Assembly (NCBI GenBank): GCA_001784875.1
Contig: MFSH01000015.1
Coordinates: 47,933 to 111,932, forward strand
Length of the DNA stretch: 64,000 bases
DNA from: Candidatus Moranbacteria bacterium RIFOXYB1_FULL_43_19
GTDB lineage: Bacteria; Patescibacteriota; Minisyncoccia; Moranbacterales; UBA11712
Direction: 5' to 3'
Within the stretch, counting starts at the first letter, position 1. Each line of letters starts with the position of its first letter. Under the pieces are notes generated by a model. That model had not been told where the DNA came from. It saw nothing but the letters and a program-made list of their open reading frames with translations, and ran no database searches. The translations under genes and the position numbers were made by a program. Below, piece after piece: positions 27,449-37,602 of this stretch.

Positions 27449-28726
27449 ATGGAAAACAACCAAAAAGTCTGTGTCATTGGGTTGGGGTATGTCGGCTTTC
27501 CGCTGGCAGTTTTGTGTTCAGTCAAAGGCTACGAGGTGTATGGCTACGACAAAGACAAAGAGAAGCTCGCGCGGATTGAAAAAAAGGAAAATATTGTCGA
27601 GGAGAAATATCTTGACGAAATGATTCCTAAGGCGAAAATCAATATTGTCCGCGACGAAAACGAAATAAGAAATTGCGATATCAGCATCATCGCTGTTCCG
27701 ACACCAGTCGATGAAAAGCATTTTCCGGATTTGAGTTTTGTCCAGTCGGCTTCCCAAACCGTTGCTAAAAATTTGAAACCTGGAGCCTTGGTAATTGTCG
27801 AATCAACCATCAATCCCGGAGTTTGCGATGAAATAGTTAGGCCTATTTTTGAAAAAGAGGGGTATACAGTTGGAAAAGATGTTTTTATTTCCCATTGCCC
27901 CGAAAGGATAAATCCCGGAGATTCGAAATGGAACGTAGCCAATATTCCCCGCGTGGTTGGGTCTTTTGAAAAAAATGGCCTCGAGAAAGCGCTGGATTTT
28001 TATCGGAGTGTGATCGATGCCGAAATAATGCCGATGGAAACAATCCAGGAAGCCGAAGCGGTAAAAATAGTCGAAAACTCTTTTCGGGACATAAACATTG
28101 CCTTCGTAAATGAGTTGGCAAAGTCTTTCAGTCTCATGGGGATTGACGTGACAAATGTCATCAGAGGGGCGGCGACAAAGCCATTCGCCTTTATGCCTCA
28201 TTGGCCCAGCCGGGGAGTGGGCGGGCACTGTATTCCGGTTGACCCTTATTATCTCATTGAAAAAGCGAAGGATTATGATTTTGACCACCAATTTCTACGA
28301 ATCGCCCGGGCCATAAACAACAGCATGCCTTTTTACACGATTGAGCTGCTTCAAACGGCTCTGGCTGAAATAGGAAAATCTCTCAAAAATGCAGATATTG
28401 GAATTTTGGGAGTTTCCTACAAGGCCAATGTCGGTGACCTTCGGGAAAGCCCCACGCTGAAAATAATCAAAAATCTTGAAGAAAACGGCGCCAAGCTTCA
28501 CGTATATGATCCCTATATCCCCGAACATTCAAATGTTTCCGGGATCGAAGAAATTCTGGAAAAATCAGAAGCCGTAATGGTGCTTACGGATCACAGGGAA
28601 TTTCTGGAAATAGCGCTCGAAGATTACAAAAAACAGGGCATAAAAGCCATCATCGACGGGATGAACTGCCTTGACAAGAAAAAAATTCTTGAGCTCGGGA
28701 TGATTTACAAGGGGATCGGAAGATAA
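27449..28726 (+). CDS. UDP-sugar (UDP-glucose / UDP-ManNAc) dehydrogenase family protein
   Basis: Rossmann VCVIGLGYVGFPLAV, catalytic GGHCIPVDPYYL. Confidence 0.85.
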   Translation: MENNQKVCVIGLGYVGFPLAVLCSVKGYEVYGYDKDKEKLARIEKKENIVEEKYLDEMIPKAKINIVRDENEIRNCDISIIAVPTPVDEKHFPDLSFVQSASQTVAKNLKPGALVIVESTINPGVCDEIVRPIFEKEGYTVGKDVFISHCPERINPGDSKWNVANIPRVVGSFEKNGLEKALDFYRSVIDAEIMPMETIQEAEAVKIVENSFRDINIAFVNELAKSFSLMGIDVTNVIRGAATKPFAFMPHWPSRGVGGHCIPVDPYYLIEKAKDYDFDHQFLRIARAINNSMPFYTIELLQTALAEIGKSLKNADIGILGVSYKANVGDLRESPTLKIIKNLEENGAKLHVYDPYIPEHSNVSGIEEILEKSEAVMVLTDHREFLEIALEDYKKQGIKAIIDGMNCLDKKKILELGMIYKGIGR

Positions 28727-28908
28727 AAATACGCATACGAATAATTGGAAAAATGTTTTTTTATCTGATAAACTTGAATATATGCCCGGTAGTAGTCCCG
28801 CTCATTTTTTACGGACTATATCCGAGCCAGATATTAAAAGATGATTTATATTTTAATTCGCTTTTGTTGCTTTTTATCTAGGCAATATGAGCGGGATCAC
28901 TACCGGGT

Positions 28909-29901
28909 ATGAAGCTAATAGTAAATTTGCCTGCTTACAATGAGGAGGAAAAAATAGGCGAAACCATTGCCAGCATTGAAGAGAGCTTCAAGGCTGATTT
29001 TTATACTCAAAAGGGTTCGGCAATCAAGGAAAAATTGATACAGATTGTTGACGACGGTTCGACTGACAATACCCTCGAATATGCCAAAAAAGCCGGCGTG
29101 GACATCATTGTATCCTACAAACCCAATCGTCGCCTTGCTTACGCCTTCAAGCAAGCGGTGGAAAGCGCCCTGGACAACAAGGCGGATATAATGATAAATA
29201 TCGACGCTGACGGGCAATTTGACCCCCAGGACATTCCAAAGCTTCTTGAGCCTATTATCGAGGGGAAATACGACATGGTAATTGGAAACAGATTCGGAGA
29301 AATACAGGCGAAAAATATTCCGTGGATCAGAAAATTCCTCAACCGCTTCGCCGCTTCGATGGTTGGATTTTTTCTCAACTGCAAAACTGACGATTTGACT
29401 TGCGGCTTTCGGGCGCACAACCGCGAAACTCTTCTTCGCCTGAATCTTGTGAATGAAACTTTTACTTATACCCAGGAGACTATCATTGACGCGATTGGGA
29501 AAGGACTGAAACTCAAATGGGTCCCGATAAAAGTGACCTATCATCCGGGCCGCAAAGCCAAAATCACCAAATCCATCTGGAAATTTGTCGGTAACGGATT
29601 CAAGATAATCATCAAGGCTGTGCGCGATGTGCGTCCGCTCAAATTTTTCGGGAGTCCAGGCATTTTCATGATAGCCGTTTCCTTTGTGGCGTTTGTTGTT
29701 TTTTTATACCATTATTTCCAGACTTTTCAAATTACTCCTTACAGGAATTATATTCTTCTAGCTTTTTTCCTCTTTGTTATCGGTCTTCAATTTCTGATTC
29801 TGGCGCTTATAGCGGACATGATCAAATCAAACCGAAAGCTGAGCGAAGACCAGATGTATCTCATGAAAAAAGAAAAATATAAGCGCCACCACGGCGATTG
29901 A
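28909..29901 (+). CDS. GT2-family glycosyltransferase, polyprenol-phosphate sugar transferase-like, with C-terminal TM helices
   Basis: PAYNEEE, VDDGSTDNT, DADGQ (DxD) motifs; two C-terminal TM segments. Confidence 0.8.
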   Translation: MKLIVNLPAYNEEEKIGETIASIEESFKADFYTQKGSAIKEKLIQIVDDGSTDNTLEYAKKAGVDIIVSYKPNRRLAYAFKQAVESALDNKADIMINIDADGQFDPQDIPKLLEPIIEGKYDMVIGNRFGEIQAKNIPWIRKFLNRFAASMVGFFLNCKTDDLTCGFRAHNRETLLRLNLVNETFTYTQETIIDAIGKGLKLKWVPIKVTYHPGRKAKITKSIWKFVGNGFKIIIKAVRDVRPLKFFGSPGIFMIAVSFVAFVVFLYHYFQTFQITPYRNYILLAFFLFVIGLQFLILALIADMIKSNRKLSEDQMYLMKKEKYKRHHGD

Positions 29902-29946
29902 AATTGCGTCACTGCAAGCAATTATAAAAAATATTAATAAAAAAAC

Positions 29947-30759
29947 ATGAGCAAAATCTACATTATTGAAGATGACCCGATGCTCGTTGAAATATACGAG
30001 AAAAAGCTGACAGATGCAGGATTTGAGGTAAAAGTCACGGCGAGCGGCACAACGGTCAAAGATGAGATGATCGACTGGAAGCCGGATCTGGTGCTTTTGG
30101 ATGTCGTTCTTCCGGATATGGACGGCTTCGAGATTATGGAAGTTATCAAAAAAGAACCGAACATCAAAGATATTCCAGTGTTTGTTTTCAGCAATTTGTC
30201 ATCTAAAGAAGATATGGACAGGGCAACAAGCCTTGGAGCGGCCGGATTTCTCACAAAATCGAGCTTCACCCCATCCCAGCTGGCTGATGAAATAAAGAAG
30301 ATTCTTGGCCACGCGGTGCCGGCCTCAACTCCTCTTTCTGCTCCAAATTCCCAAGAAACCGTTCCTCATCAAATCAGTGCCGAACCGAATGGCCATAAAG
30401 TCCTCATCATTGAAGATGAAGATATTTTCATCGAAATGTTTGGCGCAAAACTGAAACAGGAAGGATTTGAAGTTGTCGCGGCCAAAAACGGGAAATGGGG
30501 GCTCAAAGAAGCGGAAAAAGGAGGTTTTGACTGCGTGCTTCTGGACATGATGATGCCGGCTATGAACGGGTTTGAGGCTATTCAGGAGCTTCGGGCGAAT
30601 GAAAATACAAAAAATATTCCAATCATTATTCTTTCCAATTCGGCTCTTGACAGTGAAGTCCAGAAAGCGATGGAGCTGGGAGCCAATGCCTATCATATCA
30701 AAACTCAAATTACTCCCGGAGAAGTGGCGGAGGAAGTGAAGGAGTTGATAAAGAAATAA
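29947..30759 (+). CDS. Response regulator with two tandem receiver domains and no output domain
   Basis: REC1 DLVLLDVVLPDMDG; REC2 DCVLLDMMMPAMNG; both retain Asp, Ser/Thr and Lys. Confidence 0.8.
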   Translation: MSKIYIIEDDPMLVEIYEKKLTDAGFEVKVTASGTTVKDEMIDWKPDLVLLDVVLPDMDGFEIMEVIKKEPNIKDIPVFVFSNLSSKEDMDRATSLGAAGFLTKSSFTPSQLADEIKKILGHAVPASTPLSAPNSQETVPHQISAEPNGHKVLIIEDEDIFIEMFGAKLKQEGFEVVAAKNGKWGLKEAEKGGFDCVLLDMMMPAMNGFEAIQELRANENTKNIPIIILSNSALDSEVQKAMELGANAYHIKTQITPGEVAEEVKELIKK

Positions 30760-30890
30760 GTCTTTAGTAACAGGGTTATTAGCAGTGGGACAAGTCATGA
30801 GTCATTGGTCATCGGATATCCGAAGACTAAAAACCAAAGACCAAACCAACGGCCAACAACCATGTTATCCATGACCAAAATCGTTATTTT

Positions 30891-32207
30891 ATGAAGAGAA
30901 CTTTAGTTTCAGAAACAATCAACAAAACCGGTGAAACTTTAAAAATATCCGGCTGGGTTCATGTCCGCCGCGACCATGGAAAAATTATTTTCATCGACCT
31001 TCGCGACCGAAGCGGGATTTTGCAGTGCATAATCTCTCCCGGGACGAAAAATTATGAAGAATTCAAAAAAGTCCGCTCACAGTGGGTTGTGAATTTTTCC
31101 GGAGAAGTGAAAAAAAGGCCCGAGAAACTTGAAAATCCGGATCTTGAGACGGGAGAAATTGAACTTGAAGTGAGTGAATTTGAGATTTTATCCGAAGCCC
31201 AAGAGCTTCCAATTGAAATATCGCAGCTTGACATGAAGCTGCATCTCGAAACCCTTCTTGACAACAGGAATTTGACAATCCGGAACGAAAAAGTTGGCGC
31301 GATTTTCAAAGTTTATGCCCAGATTTTGAGAAGTTACGCCGATTTTTTGCGATCGCGCGGTTTTTTGGAGATAAAAACTCCCAAGATACTCGACGGGGCG
31401 ACCGAAGGCGGAGCCAATTTTTTCAAAATTAAATATTTTGAACGGGAAGCATTTCTTGCCCAAAGCCCGCAATTTTTTAAGCAGGCAGGTGTGGGCGCAT
31501 ACGAACGAGTTTTCGAGATCGGTTCTGTCTTTCGGGCCGAGCCGCATTTTACCAGCCGGCACATCAACGAATTTGTCGGTCTGGACGCGGAAATGGGTTT
31601 TATCAGCTGTCCGGATGATGTCATGGACGAGCTTGAAGAAACGATGAAGCATGTTCTTAGCGAAGTGGAAAAAAATTGTCCAGCCGAACTCAAAATTCAC
31701 GAGGCGACGGTTGAAATCCCGAAAAAAATACCGCGTCTTAAGTTGGCTGATGCGGTTGATGTGCTCAAAAAGGAATATGACAAGGAAATGGAAGGTATAG
31801 ACATTGATCCCGAAGGAGAGCGCTTGATTTGCGAATGGGCGAAAAAAAAACACGGGAGCGATTTCATTTTTCTAACAAACTACCCGTGGGATATACGGCC
31901 GATGTATATTATGCCAAATCCGGAAAACCCAAAAGAAACTTTCGGGTTCGACCTGCTTTACAGAGGGGTTGAGCTGGCCTCGGGAGGCCAGAGAATCCAT
32001 GACTATGACCAGCTTGTTGCAAATATGAAAAAGAAAAAACTGGATCCGGATGATTTTGAACATTATCTTCAAATTTTCAAATACGGAATGCCGCCCCACG
32101 GAGGCTGGGGGCTGGGAAGCGAACGTATCGTTCAAAAAATTCTTGGTCTCAAAAGCATAAAGGAGGCAATTTTGTTTCCGAGGGACGTGAAGAGACTGAC
32201 ACCATAA
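30891..32207 (+). CDS. aspS: Aspartate--tRNA ligase, archaeal/eukaryotic-type (likely non-discriminating)
   Basis: 438 aa; OB-fold N-terminus, FRAEPHFTSRHINEF, GGWGLGSERI class II motifs. Confidence 0.9.
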   Translation: MKRTLVSETINKTGETLKISGWVHVRRDHGKIIFIDLRDRSGILQCIISPGTKNYEEFKKVRSQWVVNFSGEVKKRPEKLENPDLETGEIELEVSEFEILSEAQELPIEISQLDMKLHLETLLDNRNLTIRNEKVGAIFKVYAQILRSYADFLRSRGFLEIKTPKILDGATEGGANFFKIKYFEREAFLAQSPQFFKQAGVGAYERVFEIGSVFRAEPHFTSRHINEFVGLDAEMGFISCPDDVMDELEETMKHVLSEVEKNCPAELKIHEATVEIPKKIPRLKLADAVDVLKKEYDKEMEGIDIDPEGERLICEWAKKKHGSDFIFLTNYPWDIRPMYIMPNPENPKETFGFDLLYRGVELASGGQRIHDYDQLVANMKKKKLDPDDFEHYLQIFKYGMPPHGGWGLGSERIVQKILGLKSIKEAILFPRDVKRLTP

Positions 32208-32246
32208 ATTTATTCTGCCGTTTCCAGGTTGCAGTAATTAGTTTTT

Positions 32247-33455
32247 ATGAAGCAAACACACAAAGAAAGATTCAACAAAAATCTCATAAAATATCTGTAT
32301 CTCTCGACATTTCTCCTAGGCATTGCCTCGGCTTTTATTTTATATCTTGAATCAGACTATTTCAAAGTGGCTCTCCAAAGCGAAAATATCACTTCTTTCT
32401 ATATTTTTGCTTACGGCCTTGCTCTTGTACTGATGCTGAACTGGCACCATCTCGTCCGTCTTTACGGAAAAGTGCGGGTATTTCAGGTGTCCCTCTCCGC
32501 GAAACTCGTCATCGCCTTTTTTTTGACGCTTTTTCCTGTTTCAGTTTGGAGCGTATGGCTTTTGGTTGTTTATATAACCTTTACAGTGATCAGCTGGCTC
32601 GATATGGATAATCTTCTCGAAGCCTGCTCCGTGGATAAAAAAACGGGGAAAATCCGTGGCTTATATCTCACTATTGAGAATGCCGGGTATCTTGTGGCTC
32701 CTTTTTTCTCCGGACTTCTAGTGAGCAGATATGGCTTTCAGGCAGCTTTCGCTGTTTCTTTTGTTATTTTATTTTTTGTTTTGATTATTTCGTTGATAAA
32801 GATAAAGAATGTTGATCATTGCCCAATCAAAAAAACCGATTTCCGTTCATTTATGAAAAAAATTTTTTTGCGCAAGAATGTGTTGAAGGCCTACTATATC
32901 TCTTTTCTTCTTGAATTTTTTTACGCTCTGATGATTATCTACACACCGCTTTATCTTCTTGACCTAGGTTTCGACTGGTTCCAAATCGGAAAAATATTCA
33001 CCATCATGCTGATTCCTTTTGTGCTTTTCCAATATCCGGCAGGGTATCTAGCGGATACCAAATACGAGGAAAAAAATATGATGGCTGGAGCTCTTTTTAT
33101 GCTAGCTATTTCGACGATGATTATATATTTTGTCGATTCAAAGTCAGCGCTTGCCTGGGGAGCCGTGCTGTTCACAACAAGGATCGGCGCCAGCCTTATC
33201 GAGGTATTGCGAGACTCCTATTTTTACAAGCGCATTGATCAGCGAGACGTCGATATCACTGATTTTTTTCGCACTGTCCGACCAATTGCCTATATTGCTG
33301 GCGCATTGATTGCAGCTCCAATCGTTTATATTTTCCACATCAAGTTGATTTTCGTTATAATAGGGTTAGCCGCTCTCACCGGAATTCCAGTTAGCTTATC
33401 TTTAGCTTCCAGTCGAATCCCGTCTGTTAGCAGCAAAAGCATGTATAAAGCGTGA
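32247..33455 (+). CDS. MFS transporter
   Basis: 402 aa, 12 predicted TM helices, charged loop between TM6 and TM7. Confidence 0.65.
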   Translation: MKQTHKERFNKNLIKYLYLSTFLLGIASAFILYLESDYFKVALQSENITSFYIFAYGLALVLMLNWHHLVRLYGKVRVFQVSLSAKLVIAFFLTLFPVSVWSVWLLVVYITFTVISWLDMDNLLEACSVDKKTGKIRGLYLTIENAGYLVAPFFSGLLVSRYGFQAAFAVSFVILFFVLIISLIKIKNVDHCPIKKTDFRSFMKKIFLRKNVLKAYYISFLLEFFYALMIIYTPLYLLDLGFDWFQIGKIFTIMLIPFVLFQYPAGYLADTKYEEKNMMAGALFMLAISTMIIYFVDSKSALAWGAVLFTTRIGASLIEVLRDSYFYKRIDQRDVDITDFFRTVRPIAYIAGALIAAPIVYIFHIKLIFVIIGLAALTGIPVSLSLASSRIPSVSSKSMYKA

Positions 33456-33509
33456 AAAGAATCTTCCTTAATTTTCACTTTTTCATTTTTAATTTCTAAT
33501 TTAACTTTT

Positions 33510-34022
33510 ATGTCCGTCTCGAAAAAAATCCTCGATTATCTTAAGAAAAAAAAGTACAAATTTGAAATAATTGAGCACAAAACAACTTATACCGCATTTG
33601 ATACGGCCCGGACCACCCAAAAATTGGAAAAGAAAATCAGACCTGAAGAATTCATAAAGACGCTTATTGTGAAAGCGGATAAGGATTATTTTTTGGCGCT
33701 TGTTCCAGCTTCCAGGAAGCTAGACAAAAATAAACTACGAAAAGTTGTTAATACTGTCCGAAAAAAGAACAAAGAAAAACTGTATAAATCCATCAACCTC
33801 GCCAAAGAAGCTTGGATGAAAAAGAATATTATCGGGAAAGTGGGCGCCACTCCGGCTTTTAAAGAGCTGACCGGGCTGGAAATATATATAGATGCGGTTC
33901 TTGCCAAGCAAATAAATATCTACGTCGGTTCAGGTGAATACGAATACTCGCTCAAGTTGCCGGCAAAACAGTATATAAATAATGAGGCGCCAATCAAAGG
34001 AAGTTTTGGGGTGAAAAAATGA
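33510..34022 (+). CDS. YbaK/ProX-family aminoacyl-tRNA deacylase
   Basis: Aligns to YbaK: FEIIEHKTTYTAFDTA, KTLIVKADKDYFLALVPASRKLD, IYVGSGE. Confidence 0.65.
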   Translation: MSVSKKILDYLKKKKYKFEIIEHKTTYTAFDTARTTQKLEKKIRPEEFIKTLIVKADKDYFLALVPASRKLDKNKLRKVVNTVRKKNKEKLYKSINLAKEAWMKKNIIGKVGATPAFKELTGLEIYIDAVLAKQINIYVGSGEYEYSLKLPAKQYINNEAPIKGSFGVKK

Positions 34023-34738
34023 CTTACGAAGTAAAAATACCAAAATTTGAAGGTCCGCTTGATTTGCTCCTCGAACTTATTGAGGAGCAAAAACTTGACA
34101 TAGCCCAGGTTTCAATCGCCAAGGTGGCCGATGATTATCTTCGATATGTCCGGGACGAAAAAAAAATAAGCCTTGAAAACCTGGCGGAGTTCGTGAATAT
34201 CGCTTCAAAGATCATTCTCATCAAATCAAGAAACATCCTGCCGACAATCGAAGTGACTCCCGAAGAAGAAAAGGAGATCCGAGATCTCGAAGAGCAGCTC
34301 AAAGAATATAAGAAATACAAAGAAGCCTCGCTGAAATTAGCCGCCTTGTTTGGAAAGCAAGCCATGTTTTCCCGAGATTATCTCATGGGTTCGGTGGCAG
34401 TTTTTTCTCCGCCAAAAAATATCAATTCGTTTGATCTCAAAAAACAATTTCAAAAATTAATTGACCAGATTGTCCTTCCGGAAAAGATTCCCGAAGAGGC
34501 AATTCGTGATATAATAACCCTGGAAGAAAAAATCAGCGAACTTCAAAAAAGCCTTGAAACGCGAGTGGAAATGGGCTTTTCCCAGTTGAAAAGGTCCGCG
34601 AAAAACAATATTGAGGTGATTGTGAGTTTCTTGGCGCTTCTGGAGCTAGTGAAGCAAAGGATTATTTCCGTCGAACAAAGCGAATTGTTTGAAGACATAA
34701 GAATTAGGAAATCCGAAATCCTAAGGACTAAATCCTAA
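34019..34738 (+). CDS. scpA: Segregation and condensation protein A
   Basis: FEGPLDLLLELIEEQKLDIAQVSIAKVADDYL. Confidence 0.85.
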   Translation: MTYEVKIPKFEGPLDLLLELIEEQKLDIAQVSIAKVADDYLRYVRDEKKISLENLAEFVNIASKIILIKSRNILPTIEVTPEEEKEIRDLEEQLKEYKKYKEASLKLAALFGKQAMFSRDYLMGSVAVFSPPKNINSFDLKKQFQKLIDQIVLPEKIPEEAIRDIITLEEKISELQKSLETRVEMGFSQLKRSAKNNIEVIVSFLALLELVKQRIISVEQSELFEDIRIRKSEILRTKS

Positions 34739-34846
34739 ATAAATTAAAATCTCAAAATTCAAATATTCTAATCGTTTTGGAATTCGGTTATTGGGATTTT
34801 GATATTGTTTTGGGTTTAGATATTCGGATTTAGAATTTGAAAAGAT

Positions 34847-35404
34847 ATGGATACTCAAAAATTAAAATCTGTCATCGAAAGCCTCCTTTTTGCTTCCGGT
34901 GAACCGATGAAAGCACAAAAACTTGCCAAAATCTGCGGAATTCCTAAGAATGAAGTAGAGACTTCCTTGCAAGAGCTCGAAAAGGACTATCAGGGTAACC
35001 GGGGTCTCAGGATTCTTTCAAAAGAAGATTCCTATCAGCTGGCGAGCAGTCCGGAAAATGCCCGATTCGTGAGCCAACTTGTGAGCGGCGAGCTGAACGC
35101 CGAACTCTCGAAATCTTCCATCGAAACGCTCTCCATTGTTGCCTATCGAGGGCCGATTACAAGAATCCAGATCGAGGCTATCCGAGGCGTCAATTCAAGT
35201 TATGTCCTGCGGAGCCTTCTTATGCGCGGGCTTGTTGAAAGAAAAGAAACATCAGATATTCGAGGGTATATTTATGAGATATCTTTTGATTTTTTGAAAC
35301 ATCTTGGAATCCAAAAATCGAGCGAACTACCGGATTGGGAAGCGCATTCCAAAAATGAAAAAGTTTCGGAACTTGTTTCTTTAAGTGAAAAAACGGAGCA
35401 ATAA
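34847..35404 (+). CDS. scpB: Segregation and condensation protein B
   Basis: LKSVIESLLFASGEPM, winged-helix repeats. Confidence 0.85.
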   Translation: MDTQKLKSVIESLLFASGEPMKAQKLAKICGIPKNEVETSLQELEKDYQGNRGLRILSKEDSYQLASSPENARFVSQLVSGELNAELSKSSIETLSIVAYRGPITRIQIEAIRGVNSSYVLRSLLMRGLVERKETSDIRGYIYEISFDFLKHLGIQKSSELPDWEAHSKNEKVSELVSLSEKTEQ

Positions 35405-35405
35405 T

Positions 35406-36434
35406 ATGAATTCTATTTCAATCTTGCTATTGATATTTTTTCTGCCTTTCAACTATTTTTTTCTTCCGGCAGCAAATTTTGAAAAAGATAATTCGACAAG
35501 TCAGGTCGAAGGGGTTTCTGTCCAAAAGGACGACTTTCCGCTTTCTCCCGAAGATAGCAGCCTGAAAGGGAGCTTGAAAAATGCGGACATGGCCAAAAAT
35601 GAAAACTATGGCGGATCGGGGCTGGTTCCGCAACGAAAAAAGGATTACTGGAACACGAAAATATTTGCCACTTCTTCCGTCGTGATTGATGTGGACACCG
35701 GGACAATTTTGCATTATGACAACGGGCGCGAAAAAATTCCGATTGCTTCGCTGACCAAGATGATGACGGCCATAATCGTTATGGAAAAAGTGAAAAACCT
35801 CGATGAGCAAGTAACGATTGATGAAGAGGCTATTATGACGGATGGCACGAAAGTCGGCTGTCCGAGAAGCGGCTATTGCGTGAATGAAAGGCTCCATGAA
35901 GGGGAAAAAGTAACCGCGAAGGATCTCCTCATGGCGATGCTTCTCAACAGCGCCAATGACGCGGCCGTGGCGTTGGGAAACCATATTGCCGGATCCCAGA
36001 AAGGTTTTGCCAAGCTTATGAACGAAAAAGCGGAAGATCTCAACCTCGGGGATTCGAAGTTTTGCAACCCTTCGGGACTTGACGAAGACGACTGCTATTC
36101 TTCGGCCTATGATCTTGCCCGAATAGCGGCCTACTCCATGCGGTATGACCTGATTTGGAATATCATGAAAATGCCGGAAGTGGAAATAAATTCCTGCGAC
36201 GGCAAGTACTCCCACCTTCTCAAAAACACGGATCTCCTGATCGGCCAAATGTCAAATTGCATCGGAGGAAAGACAGGCTTTACCTATAACGCCGGAAAAT
36301 CGCTTATGATGGCGGCTGTCGATCCAGAAACAAGAAAGCATAAAATTGTGGCTGTCATACTCAACGACAACAATCGTTGGGAGGACATGGCGGGCCTCAT
36401 CAGCTGGACATACGATAATTATGAATGGAAGTAG
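35406..36434 (+). CDS. Serine-type D-Ala-D-Ala carboxypeptidase (PBP5/DacA-like, peptidase S11)
   Basis: SxxK ASLTKMM, SxN NSAND, KTG KTGFT; N-terminal signal/TM. Confidence 0.75.
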   Translation: MNSISILLLIFFLPFNYFFLPAANFEKDNSTSQVEGVSVQKDDFPLSPEDSSLKGSLKNADMAKNENYGGSGLVPQRKKDYWNTKIFATSSVVIDVDTGTILHYDNGREKIPIASLTKMMTAIIVMEKVKNLDEQVTIDEEAIMTDGTKVGCPRSGYCVNERLHEGEKVTAKDLLMAMLLNSANDAAVALGNHIAGSQKGFAKLMNEKAEDLNLGDSKFCNPSGLDEDDCYSSAYDLARIAAYSMRYDLIWNIMKMPEVEINSCDGKYSHLLKNTDLLIGQMSNCIGGKTGFTYNAGKSLMMAAVDPETRKHKIVAVILNDNNRWEDMAGLISWTYDNYEWK

Positions 36435-36435
36435 T

Positions 36436-37521
36436 ATGCAATTTGCCGATATCACAACAATCCCTGCTGCAATGTCAGTTCTCAAAATTTGGATTTTGGG
36501 AACTCTGTCTTTTGTTCTGGCAATGGCTTGGACGCCGATTCTTTCCAATTTTCTCTATAAGTATAAAATCGGGATAAAAATAAAAGAAACTTCAGTTGAC
36601 GGAAAAAAAGCTCCGATATACCACAATCTTCACAAGAATAAAAGTGGCACGCCTTCCATGGGCGGAGCGCTGGTCTGGGTAACGGTCTTGTTTCTGGCTG
36701 TTTTTATGTATCTGGTAACGCCATTTTTCAGCGCCAAGCTGATTACCCGTCTTGATTTTTTTTCCCGCTCCCAAACCTGGCTCCCTTTTTTCGTTTTGAT
36801 TTCAGCGGCCGCTGTCGGGGCGTTTGATGACATATTCAGTGTCCGTGGATGGGGAACCAACAAAGGGGGAGGAATCAGGTTTCTTTACCGATTCGGCTGG
36901 CTGGTGGTCATTGCTGTCGCGGGCGCTCTCTGGTTTTACTTTAAGCTTGAACACCACTCTATCCATGTTCCGGGAGTGGGAGATTTTGGAATAAATTGGT
37001 GGTATATCCCGTTTTTCTCTTTTGTAGTCTTAGCCACTGCCTTCTCTTCGAATATCACGGACGGGCTTGACGGATTGAACGGCGGGATTCTTCTTATCGC
37101 CTTTGCTTCATTCGGCGTCATCGGTTTCACCCAGGATAAAATCAACCTGGCAGCTTTTTGCGCGGCTATCTGCGGAGCTCTTCTGGCCTTTCTTTGGTTC
37201 AATATTTATCCGGCTCGTTTTTTCATGGGCGACACCGGAGCTGTTTCATTGGGAGCGACTTTGGCGGTGATCGCCATGCTTACCAATTCGGTGTTGATTC
37301 TTCCCATTATTTGTCTGGTTTATGTGATTGAGGCCGGATCGGTTATCGTCCAGCTCACTTCCAAAAAATTTTTTGGCCGAAAGATATTTCTTTCCACGCC
37401 GATTCACCATCATTTTGAAGCTCTCGGCTGGCCGGAAACGAAAGTGACAATGCGAGCCTGGATTCTCACGGGAGTGGCTTCCGGGATAGGATTGATCATC
37501 GGGATATTAGGCATGGGGTGA
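36436..37521 (+). CDS. mraY: Phospho-N-acetylmuramoyl-pentapeptide transferase
   Basis: NITDGLDGLNGG, HHHFE motifs; start moved to ATG 36436, directly after the dacA stop. Confidence 0.9.
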   Translation: MQFADITTIPAAMSVLKIWILGTLSFVLAMAWTPILSNFLYKYKIGIKIKETSVDGKKAPIYHNLHKNKSGTPSMGGALVWVTVLFLAVFMYLVTPFFSAKLITRLDFFSRSQTWLPFFVLISAAAVGAFDDIFSVRGWGTNKGGGIRFLYRFGWLVVIAVAGALWFYFKLEHHSIHVPGVGDFGINWWYIPFFSFVVLATAFSSNITDGLDGLNGGILLIAFASFGVIGFTQDKINLAAFCAAICGALLAFLWFNIYPARFFMGDTGAVSLGATLAVIAMLTNSVLILPIICLVYVIEAGSVIVQLTSKKFFGRKIFLSTPIHHHFEALGWPETKVTMRAWILTGVASGIGLIIGILGMG

Positions 37522-37602
37522 ATGCGAACGGTCGCAAATGGAAAAACGAATGCATACGAATAAATTTCGTGTTCATTCGCCTAAACATTCGCGATAATTT
37601 GC

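Noticed and set aside
30790-30890. CCAA/ACCAAA-rich low-complexity stretch with short palindromes upstream of aspS
   Set aside because: No convincing stem or repeat unit; probably a simple leader sequence.
34739-34846. GGATTT/TTAGAAT-rich spacer between scpA and scpB with a 7-bp inverted pair
   Set aside because: Stems too short and AT-rich to call a structured element.
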